In this document: piece by piece, positions 36,463 through 49,000 of the stretch
Numbering within the stretch: position 1 is the stretch's first letter
Layout: the number at the start of each line of letters is the position of its first letter
Position numbers and translations under genes: made by a program
Notes under the pieces: generated by a model
Database searches by the model: none
Told to the model about the DNA's origin: nothing
What the model saw: only the letters and a program-made list of their open reading frames with translations
Origin: Squalus acanthias
Taxonomy: Eukaryota
Length of the DNA: 64,000 nt
Direction: 5' to 3'
NCBI GenBank assembly: GCA_030390025.1
Contig: CM059432.1
Span: 12,834,001 to 12,898,000 of the forward strand

Positions 36463-37607
36463 ATGGGGGCTGTACTGGCAGCCGACCTCGCCCTCCAGGA
36501 TCTACGGTGGAGGGAGCGGAGGCAGCGAGAAAGATTGGAACATGTGGCCAGAGGGAGGAGGGCGGCCATGAGGGCTCTCGACAGGAGGCCTTACCCTCCG
36601 AGGGTCTTCCGACAGCAATTCTCTTACCTCCAATTAAGCGAGGAGCAGTGTATTAGAAGGCTCCACTTCACCAAGGAGGTGGTCACAGAACTCTGCCACC
36701 TCCTGCAACCAGACCTCCAGCCTCAGATCAGGATAAGGACGGCTCTCTCAGTGGCAGTCAGTTGCTCTCAATTTCTTCGCCAGCGGATCCTTCCAGTCTG
36801 CAACAGTAAATATAGCGAACATCTCGCAGTTTGCCATCCATCGCTGCATCCGGGAGGTCACAGAGGCTCTCTGCAGTAGGAGAAGGGACTACATTTCCTT
36901 CCCCATCACCAGAGAGAAGCAGGATGAGCGTGCATGTGGCTTTGCCAGGATAGCGGCATTCCCCATGGTGCAGGGTGCCATTGACTGCACCCACGTGGCT
37001 TTGCGGGCACCGCATAACAATCCTGAGATCTTCCGTAACTGCAAAGGCTATCACTCACTTAATGTGCAGTTGGTGTACGACCACAGACAGTGAATCCTCA
37101 ATGTGAATGCCCGCTATCCTTCATCCTGCGCCAGACCGGTGTGCCAGCCCACCACATCAAGCTTGCGGCTGGCTGTTCGGAGACAAGGGCTATCCGCTCT
37201 CCACCGGGCTCATGACTCCCCTCCGCAACCCCAACACTCCTGTCCAGCACTCATATAATGAGAGCCGTGCTGCCACCAGGAACATCATTGAGCAGACCAT
37301 CGGCCTGCTGAAGCAACGGTTCCGCTTGGGAGGAGCCCTCCAGTACTCGGCTGAGTGGGTGTCCCATTTCATCGTGGTCTGCTGCATGCTCCACAATTTG
37401 GCCATCATGAGGGCCCAGCCCTTGCCACCAGGGATTGCGGGACCACCTCAGGAGGAGGAAGAGGGAGCGGAGGAGGATGAGGAGGAAGAAGAGGAGAGGA
37501 AGACGAGGGAGGAGGAGGAGGAACAGGAGCGAGGGAGGAAGCAGTCACTAATCGGCCTTCCGAAAGGGCAGTCCGTGACTGCCTCATCAGACTGCGGATC
37601 CAATAAA
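36463..37607 (+). pseudogene. HARBI1-like Harbinger DDE transposase, frameshifted
   Basis: RRPYPPRVFR, FASGSFQ, FPMVQGAIDCTHV, GWLFGDKGYP, IIEQTIGLLKQRFR, CCMLHNLA, acidic tail. Frameshifts, a stop, and deletion of the GSxHD segment. Confidence 0.9.
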
Positions 37608-38297
37608 TTAAACCCCAGATCCCCGTTGCTCACCACATCCCTATCATTCCATCCCTGTCGCAGGCCATTTCACAGCGCACAGCTGAAATGCGACACCGCA
37701 CAAAATAATCCAAGCTGAATTAATAAATTTATCAATAATCAGTGAACACATATTTACAACAACAATATTAACTATTCATCCTTGTGCAATCCCTTAGTGC
37801 CTGTCGTTACTGTGCCTTTGCCTACTCTAGTGCTCCTATGAAGTGTTGGCCCAGTGGCTGCAGCAGGGCTGGTGGAAGGCTGCTGAGTGTCCATGCGGGA
37901 GACTTCAGATGGCCTTGCAGGATGCCCTCGACCAGCTCTGGACCTCGAAGGCCCGGCTGTACACTGTGCCACCTCAGGCTGGGCGGCAGCAGTCTGGGCT
38001 GGCTGGATGACAGGCAGCGACAAGGGCAATGGCGGAGTGGCAGTGGTGGGAGCAGGAATGCTGTCATCCTGAGAGAGGACAGCAGGTTTCTGCTCCACTG
38101 ACACACTGCCACTCCCCCGGGGCAGCACCTCAGCATCACTACCAATCTGTTGCAGCACAGATTGCTGGCCTGCTGCGACACCGTGAAAGCCCCGGTTGAT
38201 GGTGGTAGACCCAGCCACGATGGCAGCAGTCAGAGCTTGCGTGGCATCAAGCTGAGACTGCAGGAGAGCAGTCTGAGATTGGATGCCACCAAGCATA

Positions 38298-40062
38298 CAT
38301 AGATACATAGAAGATAGGAGCAGGAGTAGGCCATCCGGCCCTTCGAGCCTGCTCCGCCATTTAATGAGATCATGGCTGATCCTCCAATTCAGTATCCCGT
38401 CCCCGCCTTCTCTCCGTAACCCTTAACCCCTTTTGCCTGTAGAAATACATCTAATTCCCTCTTAAATATATTTAATGAGCTGGCGTACACTGCCCTCTGT
38501 GGCAATGAGTTCCACAGGTTCACCACCCTCTGAGTGAAGAAATTCCCCCTCATTTCTGTCCTAAATGGTTTAGCCCTTATCCTTAAATTATGTCCTCTAG
38601 TTCTGTTCTCACCCGCCAAGGGAAACATTCCTTCTGCATCTAGTCTGTCTTGACCTGTCAGAATTTTATACACTTCTATGAGGTCCCCTCTCAATCTTCT
38701 AAACTCCAGTGTGTACATCCCTAAACTACATAGTCTCTCCTCATAGGTCAATCCCGCCATTCCTGGTATCAGCCTGGTGAATCGCCGCTGCACCCCCTCC
38801 ATGGCAAGAACATCTTTCCTCAGATGAGGCGACCAAAACTGTACACAGTACTCGAGGTGTGGTCTCACCAGTGCCCTGTACAGCTGCAGCAAGGTATCCC
38901 TGTTCCTGTATTCCAACCCTTTTGCTATGAAGGCCAGCATACCGTTTGCCTTCTTGATCGCCTGTTGCACCTGCATGCTCGCCTTCAGTGACTGGTGTAC
39001 AAGAACACCCAGGTCTCTCTGTACTTCCCCCTCTCCCAATTTATTGCCATTTAAATAATAATTTGCCCTCCCGTTCCTGCACCCAAGGTGGATAACTTCG
39101 CACTTGTCCACATTATAGTGCATCTGCCATTTATCCGCCCAATCACCCAGTCTGTCCAAATCGCTCTGGAGCTTCCTGGTCTCCTCCTCTGAGCCCACCC
39201 CCCCTCCTAGTTTAGTGTCGTCTGCAAATTTGGAAATGCTGCATCCGACTCCCTGATCCAGGTCATTAATGTAAATTGTGAACAGCTGGGGACCCAGGAC
39301 AGATCCCTGTGGTACCCCACTTGTTACTGCCTGCCATTCAGAAAATGAGCCGTTTATTCCAACTCTCTGTTTTCTATCTGACAGCCAGTTCTCTATCCAC
39401 GTCAATACTTTCCCCTTTATCCCATGAGCTTCAATTTTCCCTGCTAATCTTTTATGTGGGACCTTATCGAAGGCCTTTTGGAAGTCCAGGTACACCACAT
39501 CTACTGGCTCTCCCCCATCTATTTTACCAGTTACTCCCTCAAAAAATTCCAATAGATTAGTCAAGCACGATTTACCCTTTGTAAATCCATGTTGACTCTG
39601 TCCTATCCTGTCCCCATTTGCTAAGTGCTCCGCTATTTCATCCTTAATGATGGACTCCAGCATTTTGCCCACAACTGATGTAAGGCTTACAGGTCTGTAA
39701 TTACCTGCTTTTTCCCTACCCCCCTTTTTGAATAGTGGGGTAACGTTAGCTACCCTCCAATCCATGGGCACTGTTCCCGAGTCTAATGAATTCTGAAAAA
39801 TCATACTTAGTGCATCCGCTATCTCTAGGGCCACCTCCTTCAGCACCCTAGGATGCATGTTATCAGGCCCTGGGGATTTGTCCGCCTTCAATCCCTTTAG
39901 CTTCCTTAACACCATATCCTTAGAGATATTGACTTGCGTCAGTTCCTCCTTTGCAAATGTCCCTATTTTTCCCGATATCCCAGGGAGGTTTTTTGTGTCT
40001 TCCTTCGTAAAGACTGACTCAAAGTATGCATTTAGTTGGTCTGCCATTTCCTTATTTCCCGT
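38298..40062 (-). mobile_element. Young 5'-truncated CR1 LINE with uninterrupted RT
   Basis: No stop from the truncation point to the natural stop at 38389; flanked by CATA at 38294-38297 and 40063-40066. Confidence 0.95.
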
Positions 40063-40353
40063 CATAGACTGCATTACAGCACTAAGGCATTGCGTCGCTT
40101 CCACCTGTGCTGCAATGGAAGCTGCCAGATCGCCCATCACACACGGCATCAGGTCTGGGTCGCCACAGCCTCTCTGGGAGTCGACCAACCTTTGCAGACT
40201 GGAAATGATGGGCTCCATGGTGTGCGCAGAGCTCTGTGCAATGTTGGAGGCGGACTCCTCCACGCTCCTTACCATTGCCGAAAGGCTCTCAGGCACCCTT
40301 GCCATTACACCTATCATCTCCGCGTGCATGTCCATCACCCTTCTTCTAAACAC
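38389..40353 (-). CDS. Chimeric ORF: ~97 aa of Harbinger Myb-gene exon 3 fused in frame to a CR1 reverse transcriptase domain (expression unknown)
   Basis: 654-aa ORF with junction ...CLSAVMQSM|TGNKEMADQLN...; RT motifs through FADD to the C-terminus are intact. Confidence 0.4.
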   Translation of the reverse strand: MFRRRVMDMHAEMIGVMARVPESLSAMVRSVEESASNIAQSSAHTMEPIISSLQRLVDSQRGCGDPDLMPCVMGDLAASIAAQVEATQCLSAVMQSMTGNKEMADQLNAYFESVFTKEDTKNLPGISGKIGTFAKEELTQVNISKDMVLRKLKGLKADKSPGPDNMHPRVLKEVALEIADALSMIFQNSLDSGTVPMDWRVANVTPLFKKGGREKAGNYRPVSLTSVVGKMLESIIKDEIAEHLANGDRIGQSQHGFTKGKSCLTNLLEFFEGVTGKIDGGEPVDVVYLDFQKAFDKVPHKRLAGKIEAHGIKGKVLTWIENWLSDRKQRVGINGSFSEWQAVTSGVPQGSVLGPQLFTIYINDLDQGVGCSISKFADDTKLGGGVGSEEETRKLQSDLDRLGDWADKWQMHYNVDKCEVIHLGCRNGRANYYLNGNKLGEGEVQRDLGVLVHQSLKASMQVQQAIKKANGMLAFIAKGLEYRNRDTLLQLYRALVRPHLEYCVQFWSPHLRKDVLAMEGVQRRFTRLIPGMAGLTYEERLCSLGMYTLEFRRLRGDLIEVYKILTGQDRLDAEGMFPLAGENRTRGHNLRIRAKPFRTEMRGNFFTQRVVNLWNSLPQRAVYASSLNIFKRELDVFLQAKGVKGYGEKAGTGY

Positions 40354-41799
40354 CTCCCCATCGAGGTCCTCATCTGAGTCCTTGGCAGCAGAACTCGCGT
40401 GCGAACTCGCCCTCTGGGGAGCTGGCCCCCGAGCTACCCTTTCCCCCTGGACTTGCTGCAGCCGCTTGTTCCCGGTGCATCACCCTGTGCAGATCCCACT
40501 ACTATACTAGCCTCTAAAGAACGCATAGTGCCAGTATCTGAGCTGGTGCCTGCGGGTGAGACATGCAGTGACGCGGTGTGTTCTTCCTCCTCCTCTTTTC
40601 CCACATTGCTCTCAATGGTGCCCTCAGGGACAGGCTGCTCAGATGCTTGCTCATTATCTGAAAGCATAAAGGCACAAGAGTCGGGTTAAGTTGAGGGGAG
40701 GGTGGCAGGAAGGGAGAAACGCATGCATACAGCATGATTAGCTGGAAAGTGCGAAACACTTGTGGGGCGAGGGGGAAATGGGATGTGAGAAGAAGGAGAA
40801 GGGGGTCAACGTCATCAGTGGCCACGACACCCACCACCTGGCACCAATAATCTCCAGCACTCTATTTTCCAGCGCAGACAGTGGTTGGGTGTTGCCTTGT
40901 TCCCTGCCTGTGCGCTCCTGCTCCCTCCTGTTGTGAGCCACCTTGGCCTGCAAGAGAAAGGAAAATGTGTGAGTGAGTGTGGAGCGATGTGTTTGGGTGA
41001 TGTGCCTGCCATAGTTGAATAGCTGTCATTGTGTGCAAGGTGTGAGATGTGGGTGTGAGTATTGGTAGGTAGAGATTGTTGGTGGGTGAGTGCTGGGGGT
41101 GTGATGCTTTGGGCAGTGTGTGAAGATTGTGGTACAGATGGTGGTATGTAGCATTTGTTGAGGCATTGACTCACCCTGACCACCCTGACCACCCGAGTAA
41201 GGTCGTTAAATTTCTTCCTGCACTGTGTGTGGGTCCTAGGGACCACAGTGCTGCCCAAGACATGCTGGGCAACCTCCCTCCACATGGCACGGAAGACTTG
41301 CAGTAAGGGCCTCCTGCCACTTGTCGGGTAGAGCACCGCCCTCCGTCTCTCCACAGCGGACACCAACTCCTCCAAAGCCTGGTCCGAAAATCTGCGGCTT
41401 CTCTCCCTGGAGCGTGGATCTGCCATCATGACACCTGCCTGATTCGTCTGGCTCCTTGGGCTCGGCCTGCGCCTGCTTGCTGACACAGGTTCACAGGCAG
41501 CAATGCTGAGAATGAGATCTGCGGCATCAATGAACTTCCCTTTAAGAACTGGAAAGAGCCTGTGGCAATGATGACTTGCGATTAGACTGCACCCGATATT
41601 GGTTAGCGCTTTGAGTGTAGCGCCACTGAGCTAGGTCATTAGCATATGATTTAGCACTCCAATCCTTTCTTTGAGTGATGAGACTCAATTTTGCGTGCAG
41701 CGTGATTCATTAGCGCCCGGCACTAATTCTCAAACATTTCAAAAGTTACCGCCCATTCCTGGGCTATAATGAATTTCTCCCCCTTGCTATTTTGCTTCA

Positions 41800-42345
41800 A
41801 TTTTTTTTTTATTCGTTGCTGGAATGTGGGCCTCGCTGGCAAGGCCAGCATTTATTGCCCATCCCTAATTGCCCTTGAGAAGGTGGTGGTGAGCCGCCTT
41901 CTTGAACCGCTGCAGTCCTTGTGGTGAAGGTACTCCCACAGTGCTGTTGGGGAGGGAGTTCCAGGATTTTCACCCAGCGACGATGAAGGAACAGCGATAC
42001 ATTTCCAAGTCAGGATGGTGTGTGACTTGGAGAGAAACTTGGAGGTGGTGGTGTTCCCATGCGCCTGCTGCCCTTGTCCTTCTAGGTGGTAGAGGTCGCG
42101 GGTTTGGGAGGTGTTGTTGAAGAAGCCTTGGCGAGTTGCTGCAGTGCATCTTGTAGATGGTACACACTGCAGCCACGGTGCGCCAGTGGTGGAGGGAGTG
42201 AATGCTTAAGGTGGTGGATGGGGGGCCAATCAAGCGGGCCGCTTTGTTCTGGATGGTGTCGAGCTTCTTGAGTGTTGTTGGAGCTGCACTCATCCAGGCA
42301 AGTGGAGAGTATTCCATCGCACTCCTGACTTGTGCCTTGTAGATA
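41800..42345 (-). mobile_element. Family T LINE 3' fragment
   Basis: IYKAQVRSAMEYSPLAW...; 3' UTR and A tail. Confidence 0.88.
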
Positions 42346-42634
42346 GTAGAAAGGCGAGTCACATCTCATCTGACAGACAACACCTCTGACAATACAGCAC
42401 TTCCTCTGTAGTCTAATGAACTGTCAGTCTAGATTTATGTGTATACAGTGTAGAGCTTCAATTTCCAATAACTCCAACAATACTTGTACTTTCAACAAGG
42501 AGAAAAGTTCACTTCAATGATGATGAACTTAAATTTATTCTAGTAGAAGTTCTGTAACATAAAGAACATTTGTTTGACATGATGAAACAAGTGGTGGCTC
42601 TAAAATACAGGCAATATAATCTTCAGAGCCTGAC

Positions 42635-42815
42635 CCTGTGGTTGACTCTTAAAGGCCCCCTGAAGTAGCCTAGCAAGCCACTCGGTTGTATCGACCCGCT
42701 ACAACAGTGTTTCAAGAAGAAGACCCACCTTCACCTTTTCAGGACAACTATGAGATGGCCAATAAATGCTGGCCCTGCCAGTGACACCATCATCCCGAAA
42801 ATTAATTTTAAAAAA
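42635..42815 (+). mobile_element. Degenerate family T-derived SINE (end of 5' region joined to tail)
   Basis: TGTGGTTGACTCTTAA...CCTAGCAAGCCACTC joined directly to TTCAAGAAG..CCCACC...CAATAAATGCTGGCC. Confidence 0.65.
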
Positions 42816-43389
42816 AACTGTACTTTTCCAAATAAGTTACCACATGTTCTTCCATTAATGTCATGTTCATAGTTACAAGGTCACATGGTGCTATAGATGA
42901 GGACGACCATTCATTAGCTCATCCATCCAAAAAAGTACAGTTTCCCCAACTTGCCATCAAATGGACTGTTGAATTAATTGAACTTTGCCTCCTGGACGTT
43001 TACTCCAAGCACTGGTTTCGCTTTGTATGAAGAAATTCTTCCTGACCTCATTCCCAGATTTGCCCATCACCAGTTGGAGCTTACATCCCCGTGTCCTGCT
43101 GTCCAGGTTTATCGTGAACTAGTGCAGCAGATTTACAGCAGACCAGCAGTGAGAGAGATTTTAATACAAAAACTGATAAGGTGCAGGATTAATACACCTG
43201 ACTAGGAGTAGAGGGAGTGTGTGAAAGGCTGCGGTTTGATAGATTAAAATAAAAGTGAGATTCGGAAAATAGGCATATCATAAATATAGGGGTAGAATAC
43301 AGAAGAAAACAGTTAGAAATATAGATATAGAAGGGAAGCAAAATGGATGATTTGGTGGGCTAAGAGGTAGCATCATTTTGATAGCAATC

Positions 43390-43695
43390 CCAAACCACAA
43401 TCTCTATCACCTAGAAGGACAAGGGCAGCAGGCGCATGGGAACACCATCACCTGCAAGTTCCCCTCCAAGTCACACACCATTCTGACTTGGAAGTATATC
43501 GCCGATCCTTCATCGTCGCTGGGTCAAAATCCTGCAACTCCCTCCCTACCAGCACTGTGGGGGCACCTTCACCACACGGACTGCAGCGGTTCAAGAAGGC
43601 GGCTCACCACCACCTTCTCAAGGGCAATTAGGGATGGGCAATAAACGCTGGCCTTGCCAGCGACGCCCACATCCCATGAATGAATTTTAAAAAAT
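43390..43695 (+). mobile_element. Family T LINE 3' fragment
   Basis: Closely matches 1100-1388 and 59800-60085. Confidence 0.85.
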
Positions 43696-43699
43696 GTTC

Positions 43700-43990
43700 A
43701 ACTCTGTCTGTTCAAGTTGATGTTAAAAGATCCCGTGGCATTATTTGAAGAAGTGCATGGAGTTCTCCTGGTCCCTGGCAAATATTATTCCTTCAACCAA
43801 CATCACTAAAACAGATGAACTGATCATTTATCTCAATGTGGTTTGTGGAACCTTGTTGTGTGCAAGTTGGCTGCCATGTTGGCCTCCAAAAACAACATTG
43901 AGTACCGTTCAAAAGTAATGCAATGTCTGGAAAGTGCTCTGGGGTGTCCGGGGGATATGAAAAAAAAGGCTATATAAATTCAAGTGCTTT
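43700..43990 (+). mobile_element. Degenerate DeuSINE body and tail
   Basis: AAAAGATCCC.TGGCA...CTGGCAAATATT...GGCTATATAAAT similarity to 7420-7676. Confidence 0.7.
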
Positions 43991-44006
43991 CATTACACAT
44001 GTCACT

Positions 44007-44666
44007 GGGCAGATATTTAAATTACAATTTCACCCGGTTATTTTCACACATAATTTAAGAAATCACGCATTCATCGAGCCATATGGCGTATCTAAAATAT
44101 ACCGTGGCGAATGCCCATGGTGCGTCAGCGCATAAATGTATACCATTAGAAACATAGAAACATAGAAAATAGGTACAGGAGTAGACCATTCGGTCCTTCG
44201 AGCCTGCACCGCCATTCAATGCGTTCATGGCTGAACATGCTACCTCAGTACCCCATTCCTGCTTTCTCGCCATACCCCTTGATCCCCCTAGTTGTGAGTG
44301 TTATATCTAACTCCCTTTTGAATATATTTAGCGAACTGGCCTCAACAACCTTCTGTGGAAGAGAATTCCATAGATTCACCACTCTCTGGGTGAAGAAGTT
44401 CCTCCTCAGCTCAGTCCTAAATGGCTTCCCCTTAATCCTTAGACTGTGACCCCTGGTTCTAGTTTTCCCTACCATTGGGAACATTCTGCCCGCATCTAAT
44501 TTGTCTAAACCAGTCAGGATTTTAAATGTCTCTATAAGATCCCCCCTCATTCTTCTGAACTCCAGAGGATACAAGTTCAGTTGACCCAATCTTTCTTGAT
44601 ATGTCAGTCCGGCCATCCCAGGAATCAATTCATTGCACAGACGTTAACGCATTAAGAATTTAGCCC
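44007..44666. mobile_element. Small Harbinger-type MITE with 3-bp TSD, containing a CR1 3' fragment (44147-44628, minus)
   Basis: ACT|GGGCAGATATT...AAGAATTTAGCCC|ACT; CR1 ORF 44245-44628 with (TTTCTATG)n tail. Confidence 0.65.
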
Positions 44667-46058
44667 ACTGTGTGTTATGGTTAACTGAACATGGAAAACT
44701 AATATAAATCTGAATTGCCAAGCAACCTTAAATTAGAATCATATGAAGTAGGCAAACTGAAGTTCCGTACACGTTATACCCCGCTGCCTCACCAAAGAAA
44801 GGCTAGGTTTCTGCAATAATGAGGAGCTGGGAGCGTGAATGGAGCATGCAAGACCTTCCTACAAAAAGCCTGACCTTAATAAATACAAATGTTTACCTTT
44901 CCAAGCCTCAAATTGTTTGGAGCAACCAAAAAGGGAAAAGGGCTCTGGGAGGCCTCAATTCAATTAGCCTGTTAGATAACCACTGATTCAAGCAAAATAA
45001 CGTGACCTCCTCTAATTTAGCTCTTGATTATTTAACAAGCTGCCTCTGTGAATATGGTCTTATTTTCCGACAAAAATTCCTGACTGAACCTTAAATACCG
45101 TGCCTTTTTTAGGTAGTGATTTATAAGGCTCGATTTAATTCGTTGTGCTGAGCTTGCAGTTTTAGCTGGAAAATTCGGAGTGATTTTTTTTGAGAAGATC
45201 TTCCGCCAGGAATTCACAGAAGGCTTAGCAATAGCCGAAATATTGATGTAATATTTTTATGCCGCTTGAACCCTTCTACATTCCGCTGAACCTGCGCCCT
45301 TTAATGAGTCTGATTTAGATGGATTATTTTACATACAAAAATTCAATTATTTTAACCTATAATTGTGAAATGTCATTCTTTGCTTTAATAAAAAAAAAAG
45401 TCCTGCTTATATTTAACACCCAATTATAATGACTCAGTCTGTTTTTAAGACCGCCATTGTGCTACATAATTTCAGTGGTGCCTTAACACCCACAGTCTGC
45501 TGATCTTAAGACGCATTCAGCTGATTGCCCAGACTCACCAAGGCATTTAAGTTTTGTACGGAAAATGTCACTGTTCAAAGTTACCTTCTTAAAAGGCCAG
45601 CTTTATGCTGCCAGTGCCCAGGCTAACAGACCAGACTCACGAACATGTCAGCCTTGTTAGTCTGGGGATGATCCTCAGCACTCAATGCTTAGAAGAAAAG
45701 CTGCCCCTAAAGTCAATGTTTGGTGTGAATAAGGAACTAAACTAAGTGTTTTGGCCCTTTTTAATATTAGTTCTAGTCTACCAACCTTTTACACTGGCTA
45801 CGGAATACAATGAGCGAGTGTTTTTTTTTTTTAATATATAAACTTGAACTGTTTTTCCAAAGCGTGTTTCATTTTTTTTTACCTAAACCCAAGTTCCAAA
45901 ATCCACAAACACACTGAAGACAGAAATTAGAATGTGGGGAAAGACTGGGTGGTGTAAAAATATATTGTCCTTTCAGCTCTTGTACCCCTGTTCAAATCCA
46001 GCCTAGAATAATAAGATGAAAGTCTTGTCGCTACTGGCTGTAAGAGTTGTAATTGAAA

Positions 46059-46857
46059 TGAAAGAAGGAAAGACTCGCATTTATATAGCGCCTTTCATCA
46101 CCTCGGGGTGTCCTAAAGCACTTTACAGCCAATTAAGTACTCCTGAAGTGTAGCCACTGTTGTAATGTAGGAAACGCGGCAGCCAATTTCTGCACAGCAA
46201 GCTCCCACAAACAGCAATGAAATATATGGCCAGCTCATCTGTTTTAGGTGTTGGTTGAGGGATGAATATTGACCAGGGCTCTTCTGCTCTTATTTGAATA
46301 GTGCCGTGGGATCTTTTACGTCCACCTGAGAGAGCAGACGGGGCCTCGGTTTAACGTCTCATCTGAAATGCTGTACCTCCGACAGTGAAAGAAAGAAAGA
46401 AAGACTTGCACTTATATAGCGCCTTTCACGACCACCGGACATCTCAAAGTGCTTTACAGTCAATGAAGTACTTTTGAAGTGTAGTCACTGTTGTAATGTG
46501 GGAAACGCGGCAGCCAATTTGCGCACAGCAAGGTCCCACAAACAGTAATGTGATAATGACCAGATAATCTGTTTTTTGTTATGTTGGTTGAGGGATAAAT
46601 ATTGGCCAGGACACCGGGGATAACTCCCCTACTCTTCTTCGAAATAGTGCCATGGGATCTTTTACGTCCACCTGAGAGAGCAGACGGGGCCTCGGTTTAA
46701 CGTCTCATCCAAAAGACGGCACCTCCGACAGTGCAGCACTCCCTCAGTACTGCACTGGAGTGTCAGCCTAGCATTATGTGCTCAAGTCTCTGGAGTGGGA
46801 CTTGAACCCACAACCTTCTGACTCAGATGTGAATGTGTTACCACTGAAGCCAAGCCA
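46059..46857 (-). mobile_element. Two tandem DeuSINEs (headless 46059-46387 and full 46388-46857)
   Basis: Two collinear copies, each with a (CTTT)n tail; only one tRNA-like head (GGGTTCAAGTCC on minus). Confidence 0.85.
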
Positions 46858-49000
46858 AGGCTTGAAGAAATAAAGTTAGATACACAGAATTAAACTCAAT
46901 ATTATTGGAGAAAAGAGAGGAAACCTGATCTAGGTCATTAAGATGTTGGGAGAAGATTGATGTTGATATAAGCAGACAGTCAGTGAGTGTAGAACTGGAG
47001 GATATAAATATAAAATTAACAAGGCTCAATTGAAACCAGAAATCAGATTTTTTTTCCACATGGAGTAGTGGATACTGCAGGTGAATCTGAATCCCAATAA
47101 AAGCAATTAACATTGCGTTGATGAAGTCCTTTAGGGAGAAACACAATCACTGTCTAGGAACAGGACTGCAGCTTACACAGATGAACAGTAGACCATTGAG
47201 TATGATGGTTACTTCACTGCTGGGATCAGAGAAATTATATTTATGGAAAGCAACCAGCTAGGATGTAAGTCCACACACTCAATTACTTTGGGAATTGAGC
47301 ATGAATCTTGCAGTAGATGGGACAAGTTAAATAGCGTCATGACAGAGAGTTTGTATGTGATCCGTAGAAGAAATTAGTTTGATGCGGCAAGTGGACTTTG
47401 TAAATTCTATATGGACTAAAAACTCGATTGCCCCCGAAAATGGGCGCAGAGATCGCGATGGGCAATCGACCCGTTCGCTCCAATGCAGGCAGCACGCAAA
47501 CTTCGTGCTGCCTGGTAATTTACATGAGTGCAGCCCAGCGCTGAACACGCTGCTGAGTGGCTGCACGCTCAGCCGGAGACCCAGGTTCGTGCGAGGCTAG
47601 CACCAATTAAAGCTAGCCTGCACCCCTAAAAGGGGAGGTGCAGTTTGATGAGAGCAAATGCTGGAAGTCATTGCAGAAGGGAGTCTCACCTGGGAAACAC
47701 ACAATAATTGCGCAACATGCCAGAGAGAGGGCTCCAAGGTTCTCCGACGCAGCACTGGAGGCCTTAGTGCAGGAGGTGGACAGGAGCAGAGAGGTCCTGT
47801 ATCCACAGGGGGCTAGAAGGTCCTCCAGACAGCCACTGGGAAGGCAGTGGGAACAGACAGCAGTGGAGGTAAATGCCAGCAGTGTTGTCCGTGGAACTGA
47901 ATGCAGTGCTGGAAGAAGTTCACACGAGTGGTCAAGGCCAGTAAATGCACTTTCAAATGCTATATCCCATCGACTGCACCACTAGCCTCACACACTGCTC
48001 AACCTCCATCACTCACCTACCACAACTCAGACCTCACATTCATATGCCCCACCTCACCCTTGCACACTTACCACTGCTGCAAGTCTCACACCCACATCTC
48101 ACAGCTTGCACACACTGCCAGCTATTCAATCATGACAGCCACATCAACCAACCACATTGCACCACACTCACTGACACACTTCCCTCTCTCTTGCAGGAGA
48201 AGGTGGCGCACGAGCACAGGCCACAGCCGCTAACCGGAGGGAGACAGGCCGCCTGCATATCCTAACCCTGATGGAGGAGACAGAGCTTGGCATTACTGGA
48301 GCAGCCGTGACTGAGCCCGCGACCAGAGACGGGGCTGCAACCATTGAAGATGATGGTATGGTCATACCTACTCCTCTTTCTCGCATCCCACTTCCCCTTC
48401 ATCCTACAATCTCTTCTGATTTACAAGCTGCACATGGTGTAAGCAAGCACCCCTCCCCGCCTCACCACAATCCTACCCTTGTGCCTTTCTTCTTTCAGAC
48501 ACCCAAGAACTCCAATCTGGGCAGGCAGTGGTGAAAGAGGAAGATGACACTAATGAAGAAGGAACACTGTCACTCGATCTAACACTCGCAGCCACCAGCT
48601 CAGATACTGGCAATGCTCGTACTTTAGAGGGTAACATGGAGGGGGGATCTGAACATGGTGAGTCACCGGGCACGAGTGGGCAGCAACCAGGGCAGGGGAA
48701 AAGGGTAGTTCAGGCGCCAGCTCCCCAGAGGGCAAAGTCGCACACGAGTTCTGCCGCACAGGACTCAGATGAGGACCTCGATGGGGTGGCCTGCAGAAGA
48801 AGACTGATGGGTATGCACAATGAAATACTTGATGCATTGGCAGGCCTGTCAGAAAGCCTGAATGCAATATCAAGGAGCATGGAGGAGTCCAGCACCAGCA
48901 TTGCACACGGCATTGCGCAGAACTTTGAGCCCATCCTTTCCAGCGTGGCAGGCTTAACACCCCAAAATTTTCAGTTGATCAGAGAGAGCCAGCATGCATT

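Larger units (their letters stand above)
37772..41486 (-). pseudogene. Harbinger Myb/SANT-like DNA-binding protein gene, three exons, disrupted
   Basis: RERSRRFSDQALEELV...MWREVA...RTHTQCRKKFNDLTR. Donor GTGAGT after 41175; acceptors before 40947 and 40657. Frameshifts and a CR1 insertion in exon 3. Confidence 0.85.
35951..41783. mobile_element. PIF/Harbinger transposon C (two-gene, decayed)
   Basis: TIRs AGGGGAGAAATTCA / TGAATTTCTCCCCC; flanks TAG/TTG; convergent transposase (+) and Myb/SANT (-) genes. Confidence 0.9.

Noticed and set aside
36442..37718. Domesticated host HARBI1 gene
   Set aside because: Frameshifts, a stop, loss of a catalytic segment, TIRs and multiple decayed paralogues indicate transposon copies.
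38389..41486. Functional full-length SANT-RT fusion protein
   Set aside because: Two frameshifts and a missing splice donor separate the SANT exon from the RT ORF in this sequence.
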